Origin: Nitrospirales bacterium
GTDB taxonomy: Bacteria > Nitrospirota > Nitrospiria > Nitrospirales > UBA8639
Direction of reading: 5' to 3'
Length of the DNA stretch: 64,000 nt
Assembly: GCA_965203295.1 (NCBI GenBank)
Contig: CBDBCZ010000019.1
Coordinates: forward strand, 2,592,001-2,656,000
The first letter of the stretch is position 1. Every line of letters begins with the position of its first letter. Below the pieces are notes generated by a model. That model did not search any database, was not told the DNA's origin, and saw only the letters and a list, made by a program, of their open reading frames with translations. A program made the position numbers and the translations under genes. Of this stretch, positions 1-9,569 are shown in pieces.

Positions 1-7
1 CGTCTTC

Positions 8-826
8 TTGGATTTCCCTTCTCTTTTTCTCAACACACTCCTCCTCCGTCCCTATGTTTTTGTGTTTCTGGGGTTTTCGTTATTTGTTGGGCATCGTCTT
101 CTCGGATGGAAACGAACCACGATCTTTTTAGGAATGACGTGGCTCACAGCGTTCGTGTCTGAATTTTCTTCAACCCGAATCGGAATTCCCTTTGGGACGT
201 ATTTTTACACTGGCTCGACACACGATCAGGAGCTCTATATTTCAAACATCCCGTTTATGGATTCCCTTTCCTTTTCATTCCTCCTTCTAGCCAGCTATTG
301 TCTCGCGTTATGGTTTATCTCACCGTGGAAAATCTCTGAAATCTCTCATGAAAAGGGACTGGATACTCAATACGCGACGAGTTGGAGAACCGTTTTCTTA
401 ACGTCTTTTCTTTTTATATTTATTGATATTGTGATTGACCCAATTGCTTTGCGGGGTGATCGATGGTTCCTTGGTCTGATTTATGGGTACCCTGATCCTG
501 GGATCTATTTTGGGGTCCCATTGGCGAATTTTGCAGGATGGATGTTCGTGGGGTTGGTTTCCATGATGGCTTTCCGGACCTATGAAAAAAAGAATCATTC
601 TCCCTTGGAATTCCAAGAACTTTTTCAGCCCGGTACCATTTTCCTAGGGTGTGGTTTGTACTACGGGATCCTCTGCTTCAACCTGTTCATAACTTTTTGG
701 ATTGGCGAACTTCTCATAGGCACGGTAGGATGCTTTATATACCTTCCCATTACGGTTCTCGCGTTGTTAAAATTTCTTGCCCGAGGAGGGAATCGCAATC
801 TCAACGCACGGCATTCGACTAATTAA
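8..826 (+). CDS. Carotenoid biosynthesis membrane protein (CruF/DUF422-like)
   Basis: Multi-TM ORF with E..STRIGIPFG.Y.Y, DIVIDP and YFGVPLANFAGW motifs typical of the family; TTG start at the window edge is uncertain. Confidence 0.75.
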   Translation: MDFPSLFLNTLLLRPYVFVFLGFSLFVGHRLLGWKRTTIFLGMTWLTAFVSEFSSTRIGIPFGTYFYTGSTHDQELYISNIPFMDSLSFSFLLLASYCLALWFISPWKISEISHEKGLDTQYATSWRTVFLTSFLFIFIDIVIDPIALRGDRWFLGLIYGYPDPGIYFGVPLANFAGWMFVGLVSMMAFRTYEKKNHSPLEFQELFQPGTIFLGCGLYYGILCFNLFITFWIGELLIGTVGCFIYLPITVLALLKFLARGGNRNLNARHSTN

Positions 827-1002
827 GTGGAGGAACGGTCCTGGGTCTTGGGATGGCCTCGTGTTTCTTCACGAATTGCCTTGAGCCAATAGGCATGCTG
901 GAGTATTATGAAGGACGGATATCTAAAATAAGGTAACGGGGGACGGAAACCTGGGAAAACGTCCTTTTCATCTGAATGGAACGGGCGCATCCATGAGGAG
1001 AA

Positions 1003-2121
1003 ATGACTATGACTCAAGGCTCATCTGGTGGTAGTGGAGTGATCCGAAAGTTGATCGTTTCAGTCATTTTAGGGGTATTGATTTGGTTTGGCAGCGGTCA
1101 GCTGGGATTTGCCCAGGTTTTTCAATGGATGTTTGTGGTCTATGTGGGTTTGGGCTTCTTGGTATTTGTCCTCCTTGATGCCCCTCCCCTTCCACGGTTT
1201 TCTGGGTGGCTGGCTGTTGTGGCATTAATAGGGTTCTACGCGGTCATTTCCGCCACGTATATACTCGGGACCATTGCCTTGCCCCAATACGATCCAGAAG
1301 CGGAAAAAGGGAAAATCGAAAAGCTTTTGAAACGGAAACGAGAGCGGGTCCAGGCGAAATCACAGGAAGTCGATAATCTCCTCCTTAAAATGCAAGCCAT
1401 AGAGGGGAAGACACAGCATGTTATGGCCCGTTTGAGCAAACTTGCACCCGCCGTGGCTCCCTCACCCACGAAGGGAATAGGGTCGACTGGGACCGGGGCT
1501 ATGACTGTCGTGGATCGGGGAAAAGAGGTTTACCAACTGTATGAATGTTATAACTGTCATAAAATTGGTGGAGAAGGCGGGAAAAAGCGGGGTCCCATAC
1601 TTGATAATATTGGAACGTATTTGACGGTAGAGGATATGAAGCGAAAAATTTTTGATCCCACCTACTTATATGCCGAAGGATTTGAAAAACAGCATAAAAA
1701 GGGAAAAATGCCTGACAAGTATAAGGAATTAATGGATGAGGAAGAAGTGAATGCGTTGGCTACCTATCTTTCGACGCTCAAAGATACCAGTGTCAACACC
1801 CCCAAACCAATTTTCGTCAAGTCGAACGTTGAGCATGGATATACCGTTTTTGGATATGTGCGGGATTCCAAGGGGACTCCCCTTCCCGGAGTAAAGGTCA
1901 ATGTTATGCCCAAGAAGAAAGGCAGTCATGGGGCATCGGGAAATACGAATGACACTGGGTATTACGAAGTGTTTATCCACATGCACAATGAGGATGTCGG
2001 GGCCACGGTAACGGTGTCAACCAAAAACACACAACAAGATTTTGTGGCCAATTACGATCCCAACGATAAAGTCACGAAACGGCAAAAATCATTGGACTTG
2101 ATCATTTCCGGAAACCTCTAG
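1003..2121 (+). CDS. Membrane-anchored monoheme cytochrome c with C-terminal carboxypeptidase-regulatory-like (beta-sandwich) domain
   Basis: Three N-terminal TM helices, coiled coil, CYNCH heme motif, GP.L, distal KMP Met, then V.GYVRDSKG.PLPGV.V ... TND.GYY; SD GAGGAG. Confidence 0.8.
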   Translation: MTMTQGSSGGSGVIRKLIVSVILGVLIWFGSGQLGFAQVFQWMFVVYVGLGFLVFVLLDAPPLPRFSGWLAVVALIGFYAVISATYILGTIALPQYDPEAEKGKIEKLLKRKRERVQAKSQEVDNLLLKMQAIEGKTQHVMARLSKLAPAVAPSPTKGIGSTGTGAMTVVDRGKEVYQLYECYNCHKIGGEGGKKRGPILDNIGTYLTVEDMKRKIFDPTYLYAEGFEKQHKKGKMPDKYKELMDEEEVNALATYLSTLKDTSVNTPKPIFVKSNVEHGYTVFGYVRDSKGTPLPGVKVNVMPKKKGSHGASGNTNDTGYYEVFIHMHNEDVGATVTVSTKNTQQDFVANYDPNDKVTKRQKSLDLIISGNL

Positions 2122-2247
2122 TCTGTTGAGCCTATTCCAAAGGAAGCGTCGCGTCAGAAAACCCAGCGGCCAGTTCTGTCATATGAGGGAGGCAGCTTTG
2201 GTAAGATCAGTCCAAGGGCAAATGTTGTTGTAAAGGTCTATTTTTCG

Positions 2248-2649
2248 ATGCGAGGTTTTCTTATTCGATGTACGGTAACCGGGGCTGCAGTCCTGGTTGC
2301 CAGTCAGGTTATCGGGGGTATCGCTATTGATTCACTCGCTGCGGGCATTGTTGGCGTGTTGGTGTTGGCGTTTCTCAATGCGTTGATTCGACCGCTCCTT
2401 TACCTCCTTTCAGCTCCTTTTATTGTCGTAACTTTCGGATTATTTATGGTCGTGATCAATGCGTTTCTTCTCAAATTTGTGTCCTTTTTAGTCGAGAGTT
2501 TCCATGTGGAAGGATTTTTGGCAGCTGCTGGAGGTGCTCTCCTGATTAGTTTGGTCAGTGCGCTCCTCAACTTCTTTATTTCCGAAAGAGGAGGGATAGA
2601 AGTCGCCGTATCATCTCAACGACCTAGAAAAATTCGTCACATCAATTGA
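2248..2649 (+). CDS. 4-TM membrane protein, phage_holin_4_2 / YvlD family
   Basis: LNALIRPLL.LLSAPF.VVTFGLF.VVINA motif. Confidence 0.85.
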   Translation: MRGFLIRCTVTGAAVLVASQVIGGIAIDSLAAGIVGVLVLAFLNALIRPLLYLLSAPFIVVTFGLFMVVINAFLLKFVSFLVESFHVEGFLAAAGGALLISLVSALLNFFISERGGIEVAVSSQRPRKIRHIN

Positions 2650-2686
2650 CATACCCACTGAAAGCTAGCAAGAATCCCAGTCCCCT

Positions 2687-4504
2687 ATGCGAGAAGAAAA
2701 AACGAAAAAAAAAGTGGCTGATCTTAAACAGGCCACAAATCAGAGTACTTTGCAAAAAATTCTGAGTTCAGTGGTCAATGATTTGAGGTGGGACGCCACT
2801 GTCGCTATTCTCAGCCAGGAGCAGGGGCCCTTGATTCCCCAAGTATCTCGTGGGTTTACAGAGCGAGAGGTAAGGGCGATTTTCCGAGCTCTCCCTGAGA
2901 ATGAATGGGAACTGAAAGGAAGGCAGGAAACCTCTAACGGAGCTGATCCAGAAGGCTCCATACGGCTTCGAATGGTTTCTCCGGGATCAAAGGTGATTCT
3001 TGCTGTCCCTTTACTAGAAAGGCAACGTGTGTATGGAGCGTTAGTTCTTGGGAAACAGGAAAATGCGACGTTTACCAAGCGGGATAAGTCCTCTATCGAA
3101 GATGCCAGGTCCACCATCACCAAGGAATTAAAACAAGCTAAACTCTTCAACACCTCGCTCATCCTTCATCAGCCCTTTGTTCCTCAAGAGCCTTTCCCGG
3201 AATCTGAGGCGAAGAGAGGATCAACTTCTACGTATACAACCCCTGAAATTCAAAAAAGAATCGAAGCCATTCTCACCGAGGCCCACGAGTTCATCCAGTT
3301 CGATCGGGCATGGGTGACATTGTACGATCCCCTTGCCGCATCTTTAGAGGTTTTGGGAAGTCTAGCGGGGCACAAAAAAGAATTACTACCTGGTCAGCGC
3401 CTCTTGTTAAACGAATCTGCCTCAGGGTGGGCTGTTCGCCACAGGAAACCCCGAATTGACCAAAATCTGGCTTCTACCCAAGGCCGATTTCATGACTATA
3501 AACAGTTGTATCGAGAGCGATTTAAGAACGCGTTGGTTGTGCCGTTTCTTGTGCGAGGACGAGTAGCGGGGACACTGACTCTGAGCTCGAAATTGGAAAA
3601 GGCTTTTGAATCACCAGAAGCGGACAGCCGGAAATTGGTCCCAGTCACCACTAAATTAGGGCAATTGTTTGAAGACCCCTCCTTAAAATTGTCCTTCTTT
3701 TATCCCCCCCAACCTTCACAGGGACAATCTCCTGACTTTCCTGGAACAGAAACGTTAGAGCCGACGATTCGTCGACAAGAGCGACAAGAAGCCCTGAAAG
3801 AAGTCAGTTCGTTCTTGGCGACAGAAATTCGCGAACCGATGGGATTCGTCCGTGCTCAGCTGGAAGAGGTGACTGGAGAGGGATCCCTTGATTTTGAAAG
3901 TCAAACCCGTATTGAAGCCGCGATGCGCGACTTGATTCGAATCGAAACCCTCTTGCACGAGATCTTGGATTTTGCGAGGCCCTTGGAACTCGATCGACGC
4001 CTCTGTCGCGTGCCTGACCTCCTTGAAAAGGCACTGTCATTGATTCTTACGGATTTGAAGGTGAGCCGGATAGAGGTCATGAAAGACCTTCCTCCCCGTT
4101 TAGCACAAGTCCGTTGGGATGAGGCCAAAATGCAGTATGCGTTTCTCAGTATTTTTAAGAATGCGCTCGAAGCGATGTCACCCGGCGGTCACTTACGAAT
4201 AGCGGCATCGATGAAAAGGGGTCGCCAGCCAGAAATGCTTATCACGATTGAAAATGATGGGGCTCTAATTCCAGCTGAACATGTGGATAAAGTCTTTGAG
4301 CCCTATTTCACGACGAAACGTTCCGGGACCGGTCTGGGTTTAGCGACAGTCAAGAAAATTGTTGAAGAACACGAAGGCAAGATATTCATTGAGAGTGGGA
4401 CAGAACAGGGGACCACCGTCACGATTCGACTACCTGCCCTTAGCCCACGTCCCCCTTATAGACGTAGAGGAGGGCCCCCTCGAAAAACCCTGAGGCATCA
4501 TTAA
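2687..4504 (+). CDS. Two-GAF sensor histidine-kinase-like protein; H-box lacks His
   Basis: Two GAF-like segments, DHp-like helix FLATEIREPM, intact HATPase N/G1/F/G2 boxes (KNALEA, NDG, FEPYFTTK, GTGLGL). Confidence 0.85.
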   Translation: MREEKTKKKVADLKQATNQSTLQKILSSVVNDLRWDATVAILSQEQGPLIPQVSRGFTEREVRAIFRALPENEWELKGRQETSNGADPEGSIRLRMVSPGSKVILAVPLLERQRVYGALVLGKQENATFTKRDKSSIEDARSTITKELKQAKLFNTSLILHQPFVPQEPFPESEAKRGSTSTYTTPEIQKRIEAILTEAHEFIQFDRAWVTLYDPLAASLEVLGSLAGHKKELLPGQRLLLNESASGWAVRHRKPRIDQNLASTQGRFHDYKQLYRERFKNALVVPFLVRGRVAGTLTLSSKLEKAFESPEADSRKLVPVTTKLGQLFEDPSLKLSFFYPPQPSQGQSPDFPGTETLEPTIRRQERQEALKEVSSFLATEIREPMGFVRAQLEEVTGEGSLDFESQTRIEAAMRDLIRIETLLHEILDFARPLELDRRLCRVPDLLEKALSLILTDLKVSRIEVMKDLPPRLAQVRWDEAKMQYAFLSIFKNALEAMSPGGHLRIAASMKRGRQPEMLITIENDGALIPAEHVDKVFEPYFTTKRSGTGLGLATVKKIVEEHEGKIFIESGTEQGTTVTIRLPALSPRPPYRRRGGPPRKTLRHH

Positions 4505-4522
4505 AGATTCAACTCCACTCCC

Positions 4523-4552
4523 TTGACACTTCCCCAGGAAAACAAATAAGAT
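4523..4552 (+). promoter_or_regulatory. Putative sigma70 promoter
   Basis: TTGACA-18 nt-TAAGAT upstream of the 4635 ORF. Confidence 0.5.
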
Positions 4553-4634
4553 TCACCATTCTTAGTCCATCATCATTGATTACTATTATAAGGGTAGATT
4601 TTGTATTAACCTGTTATAACAAAGGAGCGGACTT

Positions 4635-4973
4635 ATGAAGGCCCTTCGAATTCTTCTCGCCACCGCCGCTTGTACTGCGTTGACAGTCTCCATTGCTTTT
4701 GCGAATCCAGGAATGCTCCCTAAACACCCAGGGTATCCTGCAAAGGGGAAATCCCCGGCTACTGGGCAATCAACTGCAAATGATCCTGGACAAAGGCATA
4801 TGAATCAGGCAAGTGGAGCAACGGCTGACGCAAGTGCGATGAATGATGTTTCTGATCCCAACCGTGCACGAATTCTTAAGTCGACTGGCGCCGGAAAACT
4901 TCCACAAGTTGAGGGACCGCTCAATAATGTCAATGTGAATCCTGCTGGTGCCACATCCACCAAGATGCAATAA
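4635..4973 (+). CDS. Small exported protein of unknown function
   Basis: Strong SD AAAGGAG, Sec signal peptide ending AFA, low-complexity mature region. Confidence 0.8.
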   Translation: MKALRILLATAACTALTVSIAFANPGMLPKHPGYPAKGKSPATGQSTANDPGQRHMNQASGATADASAMNDVSDPNRARILKSTGAGKLPQVEGPLNNVNVNPAGATSTKMQ

Positions 4974-5003
4974 AGGTTTTTCTTCACATCCTGAAAAGAT
5001 TGT

Positions 5004-5038
5004 AAGGGAGGTTGTCCTGGTGATAGCCTCCCTTTTTT
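5004..5038 (+). terminator. Rho-independent terminator
   Basis: 13-bp stem AAGGGAGGTTGTC/GATAGCCTCCCTT (two G-U pairs) running into a T tract. Confidence 0.8.
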
Positions 5039-5149
5039 CTTTCTTATCCGGCACTTCCATTAAGGCAAGTTTTCAAGACTCATCGTTCTTGTTTCCCCCC
5101 TTTAAAAGGTTTTCCCAATTCGTTTTGACAAAGGCTTGAGCCTATTCAC

Positions 5150-5309
5150 ATGAACCCCTTAGGAACTTACTGAACCCAATTGTGGAGATACGACCTTGGC
5201 TCAACTGTTGAAATCCAGAATACGACAGGAAGGACCTATCACGTTTAGAGAGTTTATGCACACCGCGTCGACAGTCCTTTTTCAATACTCTCTGTTCCTC
5301 TCTGATTAG
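5150..5309 (+). pseudogene. N-terminal remnant of a MidA/NDUFAF7-family SAM-dependent methyltransferase
   Basis: Translates as LAQLLKSRIRQEGPITFREFMHTA, the family's N-terminal motif; similarity then stops and the upstream ATG is out of frame. Confidence 0.6.
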
Positions 5310-5450
5310 GTCCTAACCTTACTCAAATTAAAAAGAACGAAAATCAAACACAGACTGCCAGAATATCATGGCAATGGAGGCAAGAGTACTGCGTTCAGGA
5401 AAAATAGTGTGGGCAAGGAAGACCCAAGGTAAGGGAAAGATGAACGGCAT

Positions 5451-5488
5451 AAAAAAGGAGCCCAAGAAAAACATTGGGCTCCTTTTCT
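5451..5488 (-). terminator. Rho-independent terminator (possibly bidirectional) after grxD
   Basis: AAAAAAGGAGCCCAA...TTGGGCTCCTTTT inverted repeat. Confidence 0.8.
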
Positions 5489-5520
5489 CTTAATGATTCG
5501 TTATTGAAATGGAATGAAAG

Positions 5521-5847
5521 TTACTCAGTTTTAAACACTTCATTTAGAATTGGCGCAAGTTCGCCTTTTTCTTCCATAGGCCCCAAAATGTCTGTATCTC
5601 CGTAAAATTTTCCGTTGATAAACACTTTGGGAAGGGTTGGCCAATTTGTCATCTGGGTCAATTTTTCACGCTTGGCCTGGTTTGTCAGAGTATTAATGAT
5701 TTCATAGGGGTAACCGTATTTGTCAAAGAATTGCATGGTTTCGACAGTAAACCCACATTGTGGGGCGTCCTTGGTCCCTTTCCCATAAATACAAATTTTG
5801 TGCTGCTGTATTTCTTTATTGATTTCTTCTTCAATGGAATCTGCCAT
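5521..5847 (-). CDS. grxD: Monothiol glutaredoxin (Grx4 family)
   Basis: KGT..APQCGFT and WPTLPKVFING motifs; adjacent to bolA. Confidence 0.9.
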   Translation of the reverse strand: MADSIEEEINKEIQQHKICIYGKGTKDAPQCGFTVETMQFFDKYGYPYEIINTLTNQAKREKLTQMTNWPTLPKVFINGKFYGDTDILGPMEEKGELAPILNEVFKTE

Positions 5848-5858
5848 TATACCCTCCT

Positions 5859-6098
5859 TTATGTTTCGTCTTTGGTCTCCGTCTGAAGTTCTAATGCATG
5901 GATTCGACCATCTCTCATGGGCTCCTCCAGCGCCTGGTAGATCATCCGGTGCCGATCTAAAAGATTTTTTTCTTTGAAGAATTCCGAGACGATGCGAACA
6001 TGCAAATGATCCCTCGTTCCCGTACGATCAGTCACCGCAACCGTTGCATCAGGTAGCATTCGGCGAATGTATTCTGTAAACGTTTCTTCAGTAATCAT
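5859..6098 (-). CDS. bolA: BolA/IbaG family protein
   Basis: H.HVRIVSE.F....LDRHRMIY.AL......IHAL motif. Confidence 0.9.
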   Translation of the reverse strand: MITEETFTEYIRRMLPDATVAVTDRTGTRDHLHVRIVSEFFKEKNLLDRHRMIYQALEEPMRDGRIHALELQTETKDET

Positions 6099-6193
6099 AG
6101 GACCTCATTAGAAAATATCTCTACTGCCTTCAACTGTTGCTTATGTTACTGTAGTTCTTCAAGATCATGCAATTGGTTCAAATGAGTCAATAC

Positions 6194-6922
6194 TCAGGCC
6201 CCAGAACTCAAGAATCTCTCTTTGAAACACTCTCTAATAAAGGGACCTAGACTGTTCATAACAGTAGGTGGGATCTCATGACCACCAGTGAACTCTTGCC
6301 ATTGCACCTCTAATCCACCAGCAATAAAATGATCACGAAGTTCTTGGGCTGTTCGATAGGGAAGTAACGGATCTTCCCCTCCATGGCTTTGAAAAACCTT
6401 AAGGCCTTTCTTCTTTCGAATCAGTGTCGTCCATTCCTCTTTAGCAATGAAGGTTCCAGACATCATCACCAGGCTAGCAAAAGACTGGTCTGAACGAAGG
6501 ATGAGGTCACAGGCCAGCATACTCCCTTGAGAAAATCCACCTAAAATGATGTCTTGGGCACTCACGTGCCAATGGTTTTGAAGATCTTCAAGGAAAGAAA
6601 CAATACATCCCCTGGCATGAGATAAACCGCTTGGGACTTCTCGAACATCACGACCGCGACCCTGAGCTAGAGCAACGGGATCGACATTGATCATCCACCA
6701 GGCCCGAGATCCCGGCCAACCGAGGTTTAGGGAAAGAGGCCCTACCGGAAATGCGAATCTCGTGGTCTTGGGAGCGTCGATCGCTTGCGAAAGAGATACG
6801 AGATCATTTCCTGGTGCTCCGAAACCATGAAGAAGGACAACAAACGGTCCCTCCCCGCTTCCTTCTCCGTCCATGCCTCCGGCAATATACACCTCTAAGC
6901 CACCTAGCCTGAGTTGTCGCAT
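6194..6922 (-). CDS. Phospholipase/carboxylesterase (alpha/beta hydrolase)
   Basis: LHGFG, GFSQG nucleophile elbow, HG.EDP, GGH. Confidence 0.9.
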   Translation of the reverse strand: MRQLRLGGLEVYIAGGMDGEGSGEGPFVVLLHGFGAPGNDLVSLSQAIDAPKTTRFAFPVGPLSLNLGWPGSRAWWMINVDPVALAQGRGRDVREVPSGLSHARGCIVSFLEDLQNHWHVSAQDIILGGFSQGSMLACDLILRSDQSFASLVMMSGTFIAKEEWTTLIRKKKGLKVFQSHGGEDPLLPYRTAQELRDHFIAGGLEVQWQEFTGGHEIPPTVMNSLGPFIRECFKERFLSSGA

Positions 6923-6945
6923 GGATCACGAGGGTGGGAATTGGG

Positions 6946-7128
6946 TCAATGCCCCATCTTGGGGGCCCCAGCATTGGCGCCTTGGGTCACCAGCGGGATT
7001 CGTAAAACCTGTCGGCAGTGATTACACGTCACCCGCAGAGTATTTTCATCGCTATATTCAACGGCATTCTCAGGAACCCAAAACAAGAGTCCGCATTTAG
7101 GACATTTTCTCACAAGCATTGGCATCAC
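6946..7128 (-). CDS. Small zinc-ribbon protein
   Basis: CPKC ... CNHC pair; co-oriented with the downstream esterase. Confidence 0.65.
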   Translation of the reverse strand: MMPMLVRKCPKCGLLFWVPENAVEYSDENTLRVTCNHCRQVLRIPLVTQGANAGAPKMGH

Positions 7129-7197
7129 ATTTCCCTTCGTTTGCTGGTATTTAAAGTAGTTATAGTGTAATACAAATGAACCTTCTTTCGCTAGAAC

Positions 7198-7614
7198 ATG
7201 ATTATCTACTCAGATCAGAAAATTTTTGATCCTTCTTGTCTTTTGGGGCTCTTTGAACAGGCGCCTTGGGCTCGCGGGCGTACCTTAGAAGACACTCAGA
7301 ACATGTTAGTTCATTCTGACCTGGTCATTACGGCCTGGGATGGAAATCAGATGATCGGGTGCGGGCGGGTTTTAACCGATTATACTTACCGTGCCTCAAT
7401 TTGGGATGTGATCGTCGATCAACAGTACCAGGGACGTGACATTGGATCACAGATCATCCATCGCATTTTGCATCACCCGACATTGCATGCCGTAGAATTA
7501 TTTTGGTTATGCACCCGAGACAAACAACCATTCTATGAAAACTTAGGTTTTAGTGCCAAGGAACAAACCGGAATGATCTGGGATCTGAACCAGCAAAAGA
7601 AATGTGAAGCGTGA
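7198..7614 (+). CDS. GNAT family N-acetyltransferase
   Basis: IWDVIVD..YQGRDIG and FYENLGF motifs. Confidence 0.9.
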   Translation: MIIYSDQKIFDPSCLLGLFEQAPWARGRTLEDTQNMLVHSDLVITAWDGNQMIGCGRVLTDYTYRASIWDVIVDQQYQGRDIGSQIIHRILHHPTLHAVELFWLCTRDKQPFYENLGFSAKEQTGMIWDLNQQKKCEA

Positions 7615-7695
7615 GCTGCGAATAATGGGGTTAGGGCATGATCACGCTGTTGAAACGTTCTTGCTGATCCGCAATCTGATCTTTCGTCAAACCTT

Positions 7696-8874
7696 ATGAA
7701 ATGCCTGGGACTCATGTCAGGAACCTCAGTTGATGGGGTGGATTGTGCCATTGCCAACATAACCGGCTCTGGTCACCGCCTACGTTTTAAGCTTGTTCAC
7801 TCCCAAACGATTCCGTACAAACTCCCTCTTCGAAAACGAATTCTCTCAGCGATCACGAGAGGCACGGGCAAAGAGTTGTGTCATCTGAATGTAGTCTTGG
7901 CAGAGGTGTTCGCACATGCGGCATTGAAGACGATCAAAAAGGCGGGATTGACGGCTTCCGATATTTCGCTCATTGGATCCCATGGTCAGACCATGTACCA
8001 TTGTCCCAACCTTATTCAAGAAGCTGAAATTGGACGTCTTCGCTCAACATTTCAGATTGGAGAACCTGCGGTCATTGCCGAACGGACGGGCATTACGACC
8101 GTTGCTAACTTTCGGGCTCGTGATCTGGCGGCAGGAGGACAGGGTGCTCCTCTCACGCCCTATGTTCATTTTCTCACGTTCAGGAATCGGGCATCTTCTC
8201 GTCTCGTCGTCAATTTAGGAGGTATTGCCAATATCACCTATCTTGCGGCAGACGGTGATCTGGCTGATATTCAGGCTTTTGACACGGGTCCCTGCAACAT
8301 GCTGCTGGACGGATTGGTCTATTATTTGACGGGAGGGAAACAAACAGTCGACAGAAATGGACGACTTGCTCGAAGAGGAACTATCAATCATCCTCTATTG
8401 AAGAATTTGATGAAACATCCCTATTTACGAAAGGTGCCTCCTAAGACCACTGGTCGAGAAGAATTTGGGAATGCATTCGTCACTCGAATTTTCCAACTCG
8501 TGAGAAAACAGAGACTATCTCCAGAAGATGCCTTAGCAACGTGTTGTCGTTTTATTGCTCTTTCGATTTTTCAGGCCAGTCAGTGGCTCAAAGATGGAAT
8601 CGACGAAATAGTTGTCGGTGGAGGGGGAGTAGCCAACCAAATGCTTATGGCCGAGTTACGTATTGCCTTCGCAACAGTTCGGATACGGACCATGGACGAG
8701 GAATGGTGCGAAAGTAAAGCATTTGAGGCAATGGCGTTCGCGATCCTAGCCTATCAAACATGGCACGGTGTCTCGACGAATGTACCTTCTGCGACTGGGG
8801 CCAAACATTCGGTGATTTTGGGCTCTATTGTCCCAGGGGAAAAAACGGACAGTCCTTGTTTGCGACTCAGTTAG
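7696..8874 (+). CDS. anmK: Anhydro-N-acetylmuramic acid kinase
   Basis: GLMSGTSVDGVD, GSHGQT, DLAAGGQGAPL, NLGGIAN, FDTGP.N, PPKTTGRE. Confidence 0.95.
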   Translation: MKCLGLMSGTSVDGVDCAIANITGSGHRLRFKLVHSQTIPYKLPLRKRILSAITRGTGKELCHLNVVLAEVFAHAALKTIKKAGLTASDISLIGSHGQTMYHCPNLIQEAEIGRLRSTFQIGEPAVIAERTGITTVANFRARDLAAGGQGAPLTPYVHFLTFRNRASSRLVVNLGGIANITYLAADGDLADIQAFDTGPCNMLLDGLVYYLTGGKQTVDRNGRLARRGTINHPLLKNLMKHPYLRKVPPKTTGREEFGNAFVTRIFQLVRKQRLSPEDALATCCRFIALSIFQASQWLKDGIDEIVVGGGGVANQMLMAELRIAFATVRIRTMDEEWCESKAFEAMAFAILAYQTWHGVSTNVPSATGAKHSVILGSIVPGEKTDSPCLRLS

Positions 8875-8932
8875 GACTGTCTGGATTACTGTGGTTCTCT
8901 CAATAGAGTCGAAGAGTACGACAGTTCCTGGA

Positions 8933-9511
8933 ATGAATATTCTTGCTTGGTCACTCTCGTTCCCTACCGTCGTCGGTTGGCCCTTGCTTAAGCAAATATT
9001 CGGGATCGTTCTCATTGGGATCTCATTGATTCTTATTTTTCACCTACGCAGATCATTCCTGTTAAGAGATAAAAAACACAACTCCCTTGAAACATTGGAT
9101 TTTCCAAAAACGCTTGTCGTCGCCCCACGATCCTTCATCACACAATCAGAAGCCATCCTCTTCAACCTCATTCAACTGACAGTTCAGGATTCTTATTTGA
9201 TATTCGCTAAACTACCGTTAGGTCAGATCATTGCTTTTACCGAACACGACAAAGCCTCTAAGCAATTATTCATGAGGACAGCCCAGAAGGTGATTGTTGA
9301 TATCGCATTGGTTCATCCAGGCACTCTGAGCCCTGCCTTGATTGTTCTTTGGGATGATGCACAAAAGGGGGCTGACCAAAAACATCGAGCAAGGCAATTA
9401 GTAGGAACTGTATGCAGAGAAGCCTCGCTCCCTGTTATCTGGTTGCAATTAGGAGTTCCTTATACAGTTGATGAACTAACGAAATTGTTTGGCCTCGATG
9501 AAGAAGAATAA
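8933..9511 (+). CDS. DUF2726-like membrane-anchored protein
   Basis: N-terminal TM, T.SE..LF..I, IFAKLPL..I, VD...V; ATG at 8933 preferred over the overlapping upstream start. Confidence 0.65.
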   Translation: MNILAWSLSFPTVVGWPLLKQIFGIVLIGISLILIFHLRRSFLLRDKKHNSLETLDFPKTLVVAPRSFITQSEAILFNLIQLTVQDSYLIFAKLPLGQIIAFTEHDKASKQLFMRTAQKVIVDIALVHPGTLSPALIVLWDDAQKGADQKHRARQLVGTVCREASLPVIWLQLGVPYTVDELTKLFGLDEEE

Positions 9512-9569
9512 CGCAGAGGTTTGCGAACGAACGAGGACGAAAAAAAGATTCGCGTTCATTGTCTCCGAT

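Noticed and set aside
2248..2649. Holin as evidence of a prophage
   Set aside because: This family is commonly chromosomal, and no endolysin or phage genes are nearby
4569..4590. Possible Fur box upstream of the small exported protein
   Set aside because: Only about 11/19 match in an AT-rich stretch
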